Source: an uncultured Desulfatitalea sp. (GTDB taxonomy: Bacteria; Desulfobacterota; Desulfobacteria; Desulfobacterales; Desulfosarcinaceae). Taken from it: DNA of 64,000 bases. Both the position numbers and the translations under genes were made by a program. Below the pieces are notes generated by a model. That model was not told where the DNA came from and ran no database searches. It saw only the letters and a program-made list of their open reading frames with translations. Positions within the stretch are counted from its first letter, which is position 1; the number at the start of each line of letters is the position of its first letter. The stretch is taken from positions 1,088,001 to 1,152,000 of the forward strand of contig CAXXMB010000001.1 of NCBI GenBank assembly GCA_963668675.2. Direction: 5' to 3'. Positions 20,207 through 31,482 of the stretch are shown in pieces.

Positions 20207-21160
20207 CTAGTTGGTACTGCGCTCCGTATAGATCACTTCGAGTTCTGCCTGGTCGAAATCGTAGCAGGTGTTGCAGTTATGGCATCTGATCTGCACCGGG
20301 AACGGGCCGTTTTCGGCGAGATCCTGTACGTCTCTCAGTTCGAGCATGGCGATCATGTTTCGAATCTGATTTCGTTTGCAATGACACAAGAACTCGATGC
20401 CGCGTGAATCCAGGTATTTCGGCGCCATCGCCTTGAAGTTGCGTTCAAGCCACTCCGCTGGGAACGCCTCCTCATGCACCTCATGCCCAATTGATGGTAA
20501 GTTGTTGACCGCTTGCTCGATCTTTTGCAGCACATCATCGCCTGCACCAGGCAGCGCCTGCAGAAAGAGTCCCCCGGCGCCGGTCACCTCTCCCTCTCTA
20601 TCAAAAGCGATGCTGAGCGAAAACGAAGTGGGAATCTGTTCAGAGGTGAGATGGTATAGCGCCAGATCCTTGGCCAGGGTGCCGTATTCCATCATCACCT
20701 TGCCGGTAAACGGATGCTTGGCACCCTCCAGGTATTTGGTCACGGACAAAAACCCAGCGCCAAAAAAGGGCGACAGGTTAAAATCTTCCAGCGGCTTTTC
20801 GATGGGGATGGGGACCTGTTTGAGATAACCGCGCACCTCGCCAAACGCATTGGATTCAACACTGAGCCCCTTAATAGGTCCCGAACACTCCACCTCTATG
20901 CTCAACCGGTCGTTCCCTTTGAGATTTGCGCTCATCAACGCTGCAGCCAGGTAGGCATGTCCCAGCACCAATGTTTCCAGCACGCCCAATTCGTGATTCC
21001 AGCGCATTTCATTGACCATGCGGGTGCCGTTGAGGACAACGCCACGGATCCGGCCCTCCGCCATCACGAAGTTATGCAATCGGTCTCTGGTACTTGCCAG
21101 CAATTGCTCTTTAAGGGTCTCTCCGTAAAGTTTTTTCTTCTCCATCGTTTTTGTGCTCAC
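20207..21160 (-). CDS. hslO: Hsp33 redox-regulated chaperone
   Basis: SEQIP, AGGLFLQALPG and C-terminal zinc centre CHC...CHNC. Confidence 0.88.
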   Translation of the reverse strand: MSTKTMEKKKLYGETLKEQLLASTRDRLHNFVMAEGRIRGVVLNGTRMVNEMRWNHELGVLETLVLGHAYLAAALMSANLKGNDRLSIEVECSGPIKGLSVESNAFGEVRGYLKQVPIPIEKPLEDFNLSPFFGAGFLSVTKYLEGAKHPFTGKVMMEYGTLAKDLALYHLTSEQIPTSFSLSIAFDREGEVTGAGGLFLQALPGAGDDVLQKIEQAVNNLPSIGHEVHEEAFPAEWLERNFKAMAPKYLDSRGIEFLCHCKRNQIRNMIAMLELRDVQDLAENGPFPVQIRCHNCNTCYDFDQAELEVIYTERSTN

Positions 21161-21232
21161 AATTCCGTTGGGCGGTTATCTTCTCTGCCGGCAGCTCTCC
21201 TTCGTCAAAACATCTGCGGATTCGCCGACGAA

Positions 21233-22327
21233 TCACTTCCCGAACACAATGGATCCAGGATAGATGACCAGCCGGTCTCCGGGATGGAGCATCTTGTCCA
21301 CTCCGATACGATTCCAAATCAGCAACGCCGCCAGCGGCACACCAAATTTCTCCGCAATGGTAGATAACGAGTCGCCGTTCTGGACCACATATATCCGGTG
21401 GCTGCGCTCCTTGCTGTAAGCACTGACCAAAGCGTCGAATCTCTTCCTGAAGCCTGACGCGCTGCCTTGGGGCACTCGCAACTGGTGATGCCCGGCTCTG
21501 ATATAATGCCCTCTGAGGTGAGGGTTAAGGTCCTTGATCTGTTTGAAATAGGCGTTGGCCGCTTCGGCCACCAGGCGGATCGGTGCCTCCTGGAAACAAT
21601 CCACCGCCACCGTATCGAACCCGATGGGTGCATAAAAATCTCCGGGAGCGAGGTTGAATCCGTACCGTTCCGGATCGCTGACGATCAATTTGACAGCAAG
21701 CATTCTGAAGACGAATCGTTGGGTTTCCAGTGGCAGGTAGAGCTGGTAATAGTCATCGGTTTTCTGCTCAAGTATTTCCGCCTCTAACCCCTCTTCCCCC
21801 ATATTGTATGCGGCAAGGGTCAGGGTCCAGGAAGAGAATTTGGCGTGCAGTGCTTGCAGATACGCTATGGCGGCCGGGGTCGACAAGAAGAGATCGCGCC
21901 GCTCGTCTACAAATTCATCCACTTTCAATCCATACTTTCGGGCGGTTTCTGGCATCAGCTGCCAGAAACCGATGGCGCCTTTGGGCGATCCGGCATGGGG
22001 CCTCAGCGCGCTCTCTATGATAGATAGATACTTAATGTCGTTCGGCAATCCGGCCTGATCGAGGCTCTGTGAAATGAACGGCATATAGCGGGTCGTGCGC
22101 TTCAGCCATAGCAACACCTGGGGACGATCGAACAAGGTCAGCAGCATCTCTTTTTCAAAACGCTCGCGCACATGGTTTTGATCGAACGGCACGGATTCGC
22201 CGCACAGGCGCAATCCTTCCGGCGGTCGCGCCGATGCCGCCGATAACGCTGCCTTAGCCTGTACCGGCAAAACCAAAACGATCAGCATCAGGCAGAAGGC
22301 GAATAGGTAGCGCACCTTTTTATTCAC
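21233..22327 (-). CDS. Lytic murein transglycosylase with C-terminal LysM (MltD-like)
   Basis: IES catalytic Glu, GFWQLM, AAYNMG; LysM YVVQNGDSLSTIAEKFG. Confidence 0.88.
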   Translation of the reverse strand: MNKKVRYLFAFCLMLIVLVLPVQAKAALSAASARPPEGLRLCGESVPFDQNHVRERFEKEMLLTLFDRPQVLLWLKRTTRYMPFISQSLDQAGLPNDIKYLSIIESALRPHAGSPKGAIGFWQLMPETARKYGLKVDEFVDERRDLFLSTPAAIAYLQALHAKFSSWTLTLAAYNMGEEGLEAEILEQKTDDYYQLYLPLETQRFVFRMLAVKLIVSDPERYGFNLAPGDFYAPIGFDTVAVDCFQEAPIRLVAEAANAYFKQIKDLNPHLRGHYIRAGHHQLRVPQGSASGFRKRFDALVSAYSKERSHRIYVVQNGDSLSTIAEKFGVPLAALLIWNRIGVDKMLHPGDRLVIYPGSIVFGK

Positions 22328-22370
22328 TGGCCCCCCATTTATTCTTCACTTCTTGAAATGAAAAAAACGA

Positions 22371-22793
22371 TCAGCTGAAATTAGTGAGTTCCTGTTTGAT
22401 TGTCAAATGACGGCCGGCCTCCTCCAGACACACCCGGGCCTGACCGCTGGTGGGAAGGTTCTCCAGGCGCATGATCACTTCCGAGGCTTGCCGGGACGAC
22501 TCTTTGCGGGTGACCAGAACCAACCTGTACCAGTATGGCAGATCGTGGTCGTTGAGATCGACCAGTTTCATCATCAGCCGGCGCATCTCCTTCAAACGCT
22601 TCTTTCCAAGCGACCCCTTGGGCGCTGCGCTGTCCTCTTCCGGCAGAAGTGCGAACAGGTGACCAAGGCATTTGAGCAGTTGCCGTTTGACCCTATTGTA
22701 TCGAACAATTGGAATGACCCAAAAACGGATGATGATATATCCACTGGCGCCTGCAACGAAACTGAATAGGGCTGCCCAGTAAATGGGATCCAT
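22371..22793 (-). CDS. Hypothetical membrane protein
   Basis: N-terminal TM helix; purine-rich SD; co-oriented with neighbours. Confidence 0.65.
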   Translation of the reverse strand: MDPIYWAALFSFVAGASGYIIIRFWVIPIVRYNRVKRQLLKCLGHLFALLPEEDSAAPKGSLGKKRLKEMRRLMMKLVDLNDHDLPYWYRLVLVTRKESSRQASEVIMRLENLPTSGQARVCLEEAGRHLTIKQELTNFS

Positions 22794-22853
22794 TACACGC
22801 CCCCCCTCTTTATGCGTGCTGTCGATTGCGAAGAGGTATCAGCAGTCATGGCA

Positions 22854-23831
22854 TCAGTCGTCATCACTGCACCATTGGGCTTCATCTTTGAAGAAACGGT
22901 CCACCAGATCACGATAGTGGTCCTCCTGCTGGACCTTGCGGATCTTCTTTAGCAACCGGTCTGCGTTTGAGAAAGATTGATAGAAATAGCCCCAATAGCC
23001 TTTCATCGCATCCACGAGATGCGAAGGCCCCTGCCTGATCTCTGCGAATCGCTCAAACAGGGTGTCGTGGAAACGCTTGAAATGCGCCACCCTGTCGAAT
23101 GCCTCCGGCATAACACCCTTTATTTCCAAGGGTAAAAAAGGGTTGCGGATCAGTCCACGCCCGATCATCCACGTCTCTATGCTCTGAAAACGCGCCCTCA
23201 CCTTTTCGAACCCATTCCGGCTGACGATATCTCCGTTGTAGACCACCGGGCATCGGCTCAGGCCCAAACACTTCTCAAAGCTGTCGAGATCAACCTTGCC
23301 GGTATACATCTGCACGCCGACGCGCGGATGTATGATCAGCTCTTTTATCGGGTAGCAGTTGAACACTGGCAGCAAGGCAAAGATCTCCTCCGGTTCATGC
23401 CGCCCCAAACGCAGCTTAATGCTGATATGGTTGGGCACTTGCGTGCATACCGATTCCAGAAAGGTATCGATGAGATCAGGATGCGGCAAAAGCCCTGACC
23501 CGCGCTGCTTTTTGGCCACCCGTGGAAAAGGGCAACCCAGATTCCAATTCACGGTTTCGTAACCGAGATCGTAAAGGGCCTTGGCCAGAGAGATAAAGTT
23601 GTCGCTGCGTTTGCAGAGAATCTGAGGGACAACCGGGATATGAGGGTTGTTTTCGGGCAGCACGTCCTTGAGTTGGCTCGGTTTGATGCGCGTCCCTTGA
23701 ATAGTGGTCAGGAAAGGAGTGACGGCCCAATCGATGCCTCCGAAATATTCACCATAGGTATTTCGGAAAACGGCTCCGGTTAACCCCCTAAGGGGAGCCA
23801 TACAAAGCTGAAACTGAAAGGCAGCCGTCAT
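22854..23831 (-). CDS. tRNA-dihydrouridine synthase family protein
   Basis: MAPL.G, NWNLGCP, GSGLL, IHPR, YNGDI, MIGRG. Confidence 0.88.
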   Translation of the reverse strand: MTAAFQFQLCMAPLRGLTGAVFRNTYGEYFGGIDWAVTPFLTTIQGTRIKPSQLKDVLPENNPHIPVVPQILCKRSDNFISLAKALYDLGYETVNWNLGCPFPRVAKKQRGSGLLPHPDLIDTFLESVCTQVPNHISIKLRLGRHEPEEIFALLPVFNCYPIKELIIHPRVGVQMYTGKVDLDSFEKCLGLSRCPVVYNGDIVSRNGFEKVRARFQSIETWMIGRGLIRNPFLPLEIKGVMPEAFDRVAHFKRFHDTLFERFAEIRQGPSHLVDAMKGYWGYFYQSFSNADRLLKKIRKVQQEDHYRDLVDRFFKDEAQWCSDDD

Positions 23832-23837
23832 GATATG

Positions 23838-24281
23838 CTAGCTGAGCCGTGCCTGCAAAGTCGCTGCCCGCTTTTTGGCCGCGTTGATGCGGTCATTGAG
23901 CAGCGTCTTAATTTTAAACCAGTTGAGCTCTGATTTAGAGATGAATCCGCATAGCGGCTCACCTTTTTTCAACGCCTGGCCCAGGCGCTGCAACCGGGTC
24001 GCTTCCAGCCGGCCGGCGTGCGCATAGATGGCAATATTGTTACCTATTTCAGCCACGAATTCCGGAGAGAGGCTAACGGAGAGTGTTGTGACCCCGCTGG
24101 TGTTCTCTACTTTGGAGAGCACCCCACCCACCTCTTTGCCGTTGAAATAGATGCCATCCTCAAAAATATTGACCATGCCGTCGAACAGCACGGCATATCC
24201 ATCCTGCTTGCCCTGGGGCGCGCATCCCACAGTAAGGGCAACGATCAAAAGGGTCATCGTGAATCCAACCCACAAACGCAT
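23838..24281 (-). CDS. Hypothetical lipoprotein
   Basis: Hydrophobic signal peptide ending LTVG-C (lipobox-like); GGAGG SD. Confidence 0.7.
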   Translation of the reverse strand: MRLWVGFTMTLLIVALTVGCAPQGKQDGYAVLFDGMVNIFEDGIYFNGKEVGGVLSKVENTSGVTTLSVSLSPEFVAEIGNNIAIYAHAGRLEATRLQRLGQALKKGEPLCGFISKSELNWFKIKTLLNDRINAAKKRAATLQARLS

Positions 24282-24368
24282 AACGCCTCCTTTTAATACA
24301 TCATATCCAACCGATTAGATCGTTGGCTCAAAAGGCCTGCCGTCTTCTTGCCATGACCGATTCCGGCG

Positions 24369-24387
24369 GCAGGAGGGATCCTCCTGC
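24369..24387. terminator. GC-rich hairpin downstream of the Hdr-like operon
   Basis: GCAGGAGG-GAT-CCTCCTGC perfect 8-bp stem without a clear U-tract. Confidence 0.35.
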
Positions 24388-24494
24388 GAAGCTGGTCCAA
24401 ATACCATATGATGCGCTAAAGTGGCAAGCAAAACACCGAGGATGTAAGGGATCTTTTATCTATTGATCGGCAAAAAGTATCAGGTTGGCAGGAT

Positions 24495-25721
24495 TCAAAT
24501 GACCATGCACTCCGCCACCAGTTCCCATAGGTATTTTACGTTCAGTTCGGGCATACCATAGGTCTCTTTAATGCTGTTGAGCTGGCCGTGACAGCTGTGG
24601 CAAGGCACCACCACCATATCCGCTCCAGTGACACGAATCTGGTCCATCTTCCGTTGTCCGTAACTTATGCGCTCGTCGTTGTAGCCAGTGGTCAGAGCAC
24701 CACCGCCACCACCGCAACAGATCTGGTGCTCTCGATTGGGATACAGATCGACCCATCGGGTGAGGCACCGGTCCATGATCCAGCGCGGTTCTTCGAAAAA
24801 GCCATGTCCGAACAGCTTCTGCGCACGCCGCCCATAGTTGCAGGGATCGTGGTAAGCGGCCTTGTCGGTGATGCGTTTTCTATCCAGCTGAATTCGCCCG
24901 CCCTCGATGTAGCGGATCAACAGGTCGAAAACCGTTACGGTTTCAAATTCATCGAGTGCTTCAGGATACCATCTCTGCAAGGCCCAACGGGTCGCCAGGT
25001 AGGCGTGGCCTCATTCCGGCCAAAGCAAGGTCTGCGCCTTGAGTCGCCGCATGTTCTCCACAATACGCCCGGCCATCACTTTCATGGCGTCATCGTCACC
25101 GGTGAAGTATCCCCAGTTGGTGCCTTCCCAATTGTCCGAAGCGATCGTCCACTCTTCCCCCGCCGCATGGAATATCTTCCACCAAGGCTTAAGATCTTCG
25201 GTGTGGGTGTTGACGAGTTTGTTGTGAATCGTCGTCAGAATAGTGGCACCCTTTTTGTCAATGGGCACGCTGAACGATTCAAAACCGGCCTCTTCTGCAA
25301 TCTCTTCAGCGACATCCTCCAGGATAAAGACGAAATCATCTTTGGGCAGTGCCAGGTTGTTGCCGGTACGCAAGGCATTGGCAAGGCCGTCCTGCAGTAT
25401 GCCGGGTATCTTATCACGATCGACCAACGATCGAATCCTCCGGGTCATATCGGCGATATCGATCGACATTGGGCAAAGCTGTTCGCACTTTCCACACATG
25501 GTGCACACCCATGGCCAGCGGCTCAGGGCGACCTCTTCCGCCAGACCGATGGATACCATGCGGACGAGCTTGCGCGGATCGAAGTCATCCACACCGGCCA
25601 CCGGGCAAGCGCCCGAGCAGATGGCGCAAGTAAGGCATATGTCCTGGGAAAAGGGCCACGGTTGAGGGCGGTCGTGTGATGGTGACGCGCTATTCCCCAT
25701 TTCTCCGGATTGTTCAGTCAT
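24495..25721 (-). CDS. Probable selenocysteine-containing HdrD/DsrK-like (Fe-S)-binding CCG-domain oxidoreductase (UGA at 25011-25013)
   Basis: ORFs 25011..25805 and 24495..24980 are in the same frame and read WPE-UGA-GHAYLATRWALQRWY. Two CxxCxxCxxxCP motifs precede the UGA; HDPC, CCGGGGG and CHSC follow it. Confidence 0.85.
24973..25010 (-). promoter_or_regulatory. Putative bacterial SECIS element
   Basis: mRNA after the UGA can fold CUG/CAG, CGA/UUG, CCC/GGG with a GUU apical loop starting 23 nt after the UGA. Confidence 0.6.
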
Positions 25722-25776
25722 ACGTGTGTCTCCCTCGAATATAGGCATGTGACGCATCGTGCCTGATATCGATTGC

Positions 25777-27435
25777 TCACTGCGGCAAGATCCGACCCAT
25801 GGCACCTATCTTCTTAGCAAAATCTTCCGTCTGCTTCACAAATGCATGTGTCATGTTGGATGCGAGCGTTGCATAAAAAATGCGCTCTTTCGATACGCCG
25901 GCAAGGGAGAGGGATCGGGATGCCTCCACGGTCCTCTTACGCGCATAGCGTGTACCATACTCTGAGTGGCAGTTCCCTTCGTGGCAGGTGAGCACCATCA
26001 CTCCATCCGCCCCGGCATCAAAGCTGCCCAGCAAATCGTTAACGGAGATTTCACCGCCACAAAGCCCCTCGACAAACACCATTCCGGGCGGCAATCGGTG
26101 TCCCATGCAAAGGGCCATCTGGCGCGCATGGAATGCGGAACGCCGACAGCAGAATGTCAAAATCCGGGGTACTGCTTTGGCACCATCCCTGCGGCCCGGT
26201 CCGAACTCACCTTGGTACAGGCCAGAGAGCGTCTCCGCCAATGTTCCGCCATCTGTTTGAATGGCGCGGTTGGGACATCCAGTCCAGCAAAGCCCGCAGG
26301 CCTGGCATGCATCGGGATGGACTTCCATTCTCGGTGACATGGTAATGGCACCGTAGGTGCATAGCCGGTAACAGGTAAGGCAGCGGGCACATTCGTCCTG
26401 ATCGATCTCCAGCACCGGCTTTTCAACCGCCATTTCACAGGACTTTACTTCCGATCCGACATCGATCCCCACCGCGAAAGAGGCGCCGGCATCAAGGCCG
26501 GACAAAAAGGAGTACACCTGTTGTGCCGCCAGTTTCGCCTCTGTCCGCTTCCCGTCGGCGGTCAAAAAGTCCCTCGCTGCATCGGCCACGAATATGCCGC
26601 TGCGGTTGGTCTCACACGAGAGCCTGTGGACGTTGTTTTTCTGTAAAAAGCCGGACTGATCGATTTCAAGCCTCAGCAGGCCCCCTACCTGAGCCAGCAG
26701 TGGATCAACAGAGAGGGTCTCATCGACAATGACCGCATCGACAGTCATATTGAAATCGTTGCGGGTCACCTCGTCATGGTACTCTACTTCGACACGGCCA
26801 TCGGCGACAGGTTTGAAATGCGGGAAATACCGACTGGATCTTATGAAAAGTGTACCTGCGCTCTTGGCCTCCTGAAACACCCGCTCCATGCCCTCTACGG
26901 AAACCTTCAAGTTGCCGGTGGCAAAGTAGGTCTTTACCTGGGCGCTCCGTTGTATTTTCAGGCATAACTGCATCATTCGAGCTGCGACAACCGGGTGTGT
27001 ATCGGGATGCCATCGGTTGAGCATCAGCACCCGATCCCCTGGCGCAAAGCATGTTGCCGCTCCTTTATCTGAAAGAAGCGGCGCCATATCGGACAATGAG
27101 CGCACGCGCTCGGATGGCCTTAGCCCATAAGATTCAAAATTGGGATGGCGCAACTCTTCGAAGGCGATCAATACGCATTTAGCGTGACATGTTACGTTAC
27201 TTCCTCCCTTGTCGAATACCACCACAAAGTCACCGCTTTGCCCGCGGCAGCCAATGAGCCGATCTGTATTTAAGATAGATATCGTCTTAAAATCTATAGG
27301 TTCTGAACTATTCTTGCGATAACCTTCCTCGGTACCCGCCCATAGAACGGCGATCCCTTTCTGAACCAGCAGCCGGGCCGCCGCACTGGCACACGCCCCC
27401 TTTCCGATGATGAGAATATCGCCTTCAATTACCAT
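25777..27435 (-). CDS. HdrA-like flavoprotein / 4Fe-4S / MvhD-like (hydrogenase delta) fusion
   Basis: Degenerate FAD motif IIGKGACA, ETNRSGIFVA, two ferredoxin motifs, C-terminal FCCRRS...CGG...DGV...CHEGNCH (MvhD-like). Confidence 0.8.
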   Translation of the reverse strand: MVIEGDILIIGKGACASAAARLLVQKGIAVLWAGTEEGYRKNSSEPIDFKTISILNTDRLIGCRGQSGDFVVVFDKGGSNVTCHAKCVLIAFEELRHPNFESYGLRPSERVRSLSDMAPLLSDKGAATCFAPGDRVLMLNRWHPDTHPVVAARMMQLCLKIQRSAQVKTYFATGNLKVSVEGMERVFQEAKSAGTLFIRSSRYFPHFKPVADGRVEVEYHDEVTRNDFNMTVDAVIVDETLSVDPLLAQVGGLLRLEIDQSGFLQKNNVHRLSCETNRSGIFVADAARDFLTADGKRTEAKLAAQQVYSFLSGLDAGASFAVGIDVGSEVKSCEMAVEKPVLEIDQDECARCLTCYRLCTYGAITMSPRMEVHPDACQACGLCWTGCPNRAIQTDGGTLAETLSGLYQGEFGPGRRDGAKAVPRILTFCCRRSAFHARQMALCMGHRLPPGMVFVEGLCGGEISVNDLLGSFDAGADGVMVLTCHEGNCHSEYGTRYARKRTVEASRSLSLAGVSKERIFYATLASNMTHAFVKQTEDFAKKIGAMGRILPQ

Positions 27436-27499
27436 TTCGCGTTAAGCCCTCTGTGAAAAATAGACGCCTATGCGCTCTATAAATTGCCATTCACTCTGC

Positions 27500-28786
27500 T
27501 CAGAAAGGATGCTTGGTTTTCGGGGTACCATTGGCGCACCCATTGCTTGATTGGCACCCCACGTGTTGAATGATATCCCAAGCCGCTTTACCGGCGCTCT
27601 CGATGCATTCGGCAATACTCATTGGCCCTAAGGCAGCCCCAGCTGTGAAAATGCCACTTGGCAATGCATCGGAGGAGGCATCGTGCATCTTGAAAAATCC
27701 ATCTTCCGTGAGTTCGATATCCAACAGTCGTGCCAGCTGCCGGCTGTCAGCCGATGGTGTAAGGCCGACCGAAAGGACCGCCATGTCATAAGGCTCCTCT
27801 ATGGATTGATTGGATCGGGTGTCGAAATAGGCCAACTGGAGCGTACCGTCTTCAGCCGCAACGATTCCGCCGGGCACGGCCCTCACCAGACGGACCTGCT
27901 CACTGATGCGGTCGTAGTATGTCTGAAAGTCTTTACCAAAACTTTGAATGTCGATGTAGAAAAAGGTGACAGCGGTATCGGGACGCTGGTGCAGCACGAA
28001 ACCGGCCATTCGTAAGGCAGAACCACAGCATATTTTAGAGCACCACGGGTGGCCGATGCGGTTGTCGCGACTGCCGACGCACTGGATGAATGCGATTCGT
28101 TCGGGCGCCTTGCCATCTGAGGGTCGAATCAACGCTCCGTGCTCCAGTAGAAGCCGATCAGCGTCCAGACTGGTGATCACGTCAGGAAAACGCCCGTATC
28201 CATAGGGCTTTTCCGTTGGGTCGTAAGGGACAAATCCGGAGGCCAGCAATAAGGCGTCGACCTTCAACTCTCCGGATGTTTCCACAGCGTTCAATTCGAT
28301 GGCATTATTCGGGCAGGCGTCGCGGCAACGGGTGCAGGATTGGTCATTAAAGTATCGGCACTGTTCTGGCCGCAGGAGCACTTGCGGCCCCGCAGTCGTG
28401 TCATGGGTTCTCTGTAGCGCACCGGTTTGGGGGCATTCGGGCAGGCAATCACCGCAACCATCACAGCGCGCGATATCAATGCAGACCGGTTGTTTCCGGT
28501 ATTCCAGCGTAAAGCCGTCCTTCCGATCCACATACTCGATGCGTGCGTCGGAGAGCATATGAACGGCTTCGATACGGGAGATTCGCGCCAGGCGATCCTG
28601 AACCATGCACGCACCGCACGTTACACACGCCTGTGTCGCCTTGCAGCTGAGGCGAGCGGCATGTCCACCCAAATAGGGCGACTTCTCGACAATGGTAACG
28701 GAGAGCCCGCTAAGAGCCAACTCTTGGGCAGCGGCAATTCCAGTAACGCCGCCCCCAATAATGGCGACACGCTTCTTTTCGATCAT
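27500..28786 (-). CDS. Heterodisulfide reductase subunit A-like protein (short)
   Basis: IIGGGVTG, EKSPYLGG, inserted ferredoxin motifs, FIQCVGSRD...CSKICC HdrA signature. Confidence 0.87.
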   Translation of the reverse strand: MIEKKRVAIIGGGVTGIAAAQELALSGLSVTIVEKSPYLGGHAARLSCKATQACVTCGACMVQDRLARISRIEAVHMLSDARIEYVDRKDGFTLEYRKQPVCIDIARCDGCGDCLPECPQTGALQRTHDTTAGPQVLLRPEQCRYFNDQSCTRCRDACPNNAIELNAVETSGELKVDALLLASGFVPYDPTEKPYGYGRFPDVITSLDADRLLLEHGALIRPSDGKAPERIAFIQCVGSRDNRIGHPWCSKICCGSALRMAGFVLHQRPDTAVTFFYIDIQSFGKDFQTYYDRISEQVRLVRAVPGGIVAAEDGTLQLAYFDTRSNQSIEEPYDMAVLSVGLTPSADSRQLARLLDIELTEDGFFKMHDASSDALPSGIFTAGAALGPMSIAECIESAGKAAWDIIQHVGCQSSNGCANGTPKTKHPF

Positions 28787-28846
28787 CTATGACAGCCTCC
28801 AGGCACATAAAAGAGCTGGTGCGTCCGAAGATGAATCACGAAAGGG

Positions 28847-29359
28847 CTAGTGAACTGATAGATAGTCGGACACTATCTCCTCGATGCGCTGCTGAATGAA
28901 TTGGCATAACGCCTCTGCTTCCTGCATGGTAAGAGAGGAAATCCCCTCCGACAGAGCCGCCACTCTATCCTCTTCCAAGCCAACGATTTTGTTGATCAAA
29001 AAGGAATCAACCTCACCATCATCGAGCAGCAGACCACACCCTCCGGCGGCACCGAGGAAGGTGCCGTTTACCGATATGGGAACCACCACCTTGACCATTC
29101 CGGCATCGCACTCTTCGATGACCGGTTGGCCGCTCTGTTTGGCCTGATTGGCCAGGTTCATATGAGCGGTAGCACATATGAAGCTCTGCCCCTTTGGTTC
29201 GGCTTTAATCTCAGGGCAAAGGCGATTTGGCCAGCGTGGGTTTTGATTGATACGAATCCCGTCAATATCGTAAACTGCCGGGTTCAAACCGGAACGTTCG
29301 TATATGTCATCTTCAAGTGCAGCCCATCTCTCTAAAGGGCAAATATCCACCAATTCCAT
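28847..29359 (-). CDS. Standalone PocR ligand-binding domain protein
   Basis: LCPEI...FICA...EECDAG...VVPI...LG..GGCG pattern; AGGAG SD before MELVD. Confidence 0.78.
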   Translation of the reverse strand: MELVDICPLERWAALEDDIYERSGLNPAVYDIDGIRINQNPRWPNRLCPEIKAEPKGQSFICATAHMNLANQAKQSGQPVIEECDAGMVKVVVPISVNGTFLGAAGGCGLLLDDGEVDSFLINKIVGLEEDRVAALSEGISSLTMQEAEALCQFIQQRIEEIVSDYLSVH

Positions 29360-29533
29360 CAACTTCTCCTTTCGGTGCCTATCTTTGTTCCCCTTTGTTA
29401 CATGTCTTACCATCTTATGCCCCCATCTTATGCCCATAGATTAGAAAATTCAAGTGAATGGAACGGTCAGTTTAGCAGCATCCGCCGTTGACAATCAAAT
29501 CAGAGAAAGCTTGACGTTGAGACCGGTTTTTGA

Positions 29534-30517
<984 letters not shown>

Positions 30518-30642
30518 CACAACGTCCGCCAGTTCAGCGATAGCCACAACATATAGTATCTATTACATTCTAAATATACCTTATAAGGTGTTCCGAATGA
30601 GAGTTATCCATCTCTCTTTCCGTGTCTTCGCCACCGCGGATG

Positions 30643-31476
30643 TCATCGCGATCCGTTCAGATAGCGATCATCCAGGTAACGTCGAACCAGAGGCAGATCT
30701 GTCTCCTGAGGCGGGGAAAAACCAAAAACACTTTCGAGGAAGGCCTGGGTGATACGATAAGTTGCCCCCCAGAGCATCTCACTTCCCTGTTCATCCTCAT
30801 GAATGTAACAGGGAAAATCGACGTGACGAAGTTGCTTTGCATCACCGTTGCGGGGAGTGTTCACCATGGGGCGAAAACGTCCATATCGATTGGGATCGAG
30901 CAGTTTGCGGATGGGGATGGATATGATGCGCTCGACCTCCCAATTGGGTTTAAGTGCGTGGTAACTGGTCGAGCCCACGATGGGAAAAATGACCCGATCG
31001 AACATCACCAGTTGCTGACTGGGAAGCATCCCAAGAAAATTGAATCGAACCGGATTGAGGCGCATCTCCTCCCAGGCTTCACGAAGGCCCGTCGCCAATA
31101 GGAGAGATAGCGCACGACTGTTAGCGCCGAAATGTTTTTGCCAGAGCGGCCAGTTGTCCCATTGGCGAAACGGCGTGCCCGGCACCTTTAACAATTGGGC
31201 TAAAAGACGATCCACTCCCCACGACACTCCACCGCCTGGGCAGCACAAATCACCAGCCTGACGCACCTTTACAGAGCGTTTGTTCAGGATTAGGCAGGGT
31301 TCCGACTGCACGCCGCCGCAAGGGCTGATAACAAAAAGCACCACTGAAGCGCGTTTCAGTGTGCCGGAGTCGAGATGGGACAGTCCGTTCGAGGCCTCCC
31401 CACCCAATTGCGCCCTCGCGTGGTGCATAAAAAGGTCCTGGTCGCTTAAAAGCGCGGCTGTTTTTTGGATGTCCAT
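30643..31476 (-). CDS. NUDIX hydrolase, CoA pyrophosphatase-like
   Basis: ASVV, KRS..VRQAGDLCCPGG, LREAWEE, LWGAT. Confidence 0.75.
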   Translation of the reverse strand: MDIQKTAALLSDQDLFMHHARAQLGGEASNGLSHLDSGTLKRASVVLFVISPCGGVQSEPCLILNKRSVKVRQAGDLCCPGGGVSWGVDRLLAQLLKVPGTPFRQWDNWPLWQKHFGANSRALSLLLATGLREAWEEMRLNPVRFNFLGMLPSQQLVMFDRVIFPIVGSTSYHALKPNWEVERIISIPIRKLLDPNRYGRFRPMVNTPRNGDAKQLRHVDFPCYIHEDEQGSEMLWGATYRITQAFLESVFGFSPPQETDLPLVRRYLDDRYLNGSR

Positions 31477-31482
31477 GCGTTC

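Noticed and set aside
24588..25679. 363-aa plus-strand ORF
   Set aside because: Antisense to the motif-rich Fe-S protein and has no recognisable features.
24495..25805. Pseudogene or two separate genes at the Fe-S locus
   Set aside because: Same frame, the single UGA falls on a conserved Cys position and is followed by a SECIS-like hairpin; Sec readthrough is more parsimonious.
29410..29435. 13-bp tandem duplication CCATCTTATGCCC upstream of the PocR gene
   Set aside because: Only two copies; could be an operator or slippage, with no further support.
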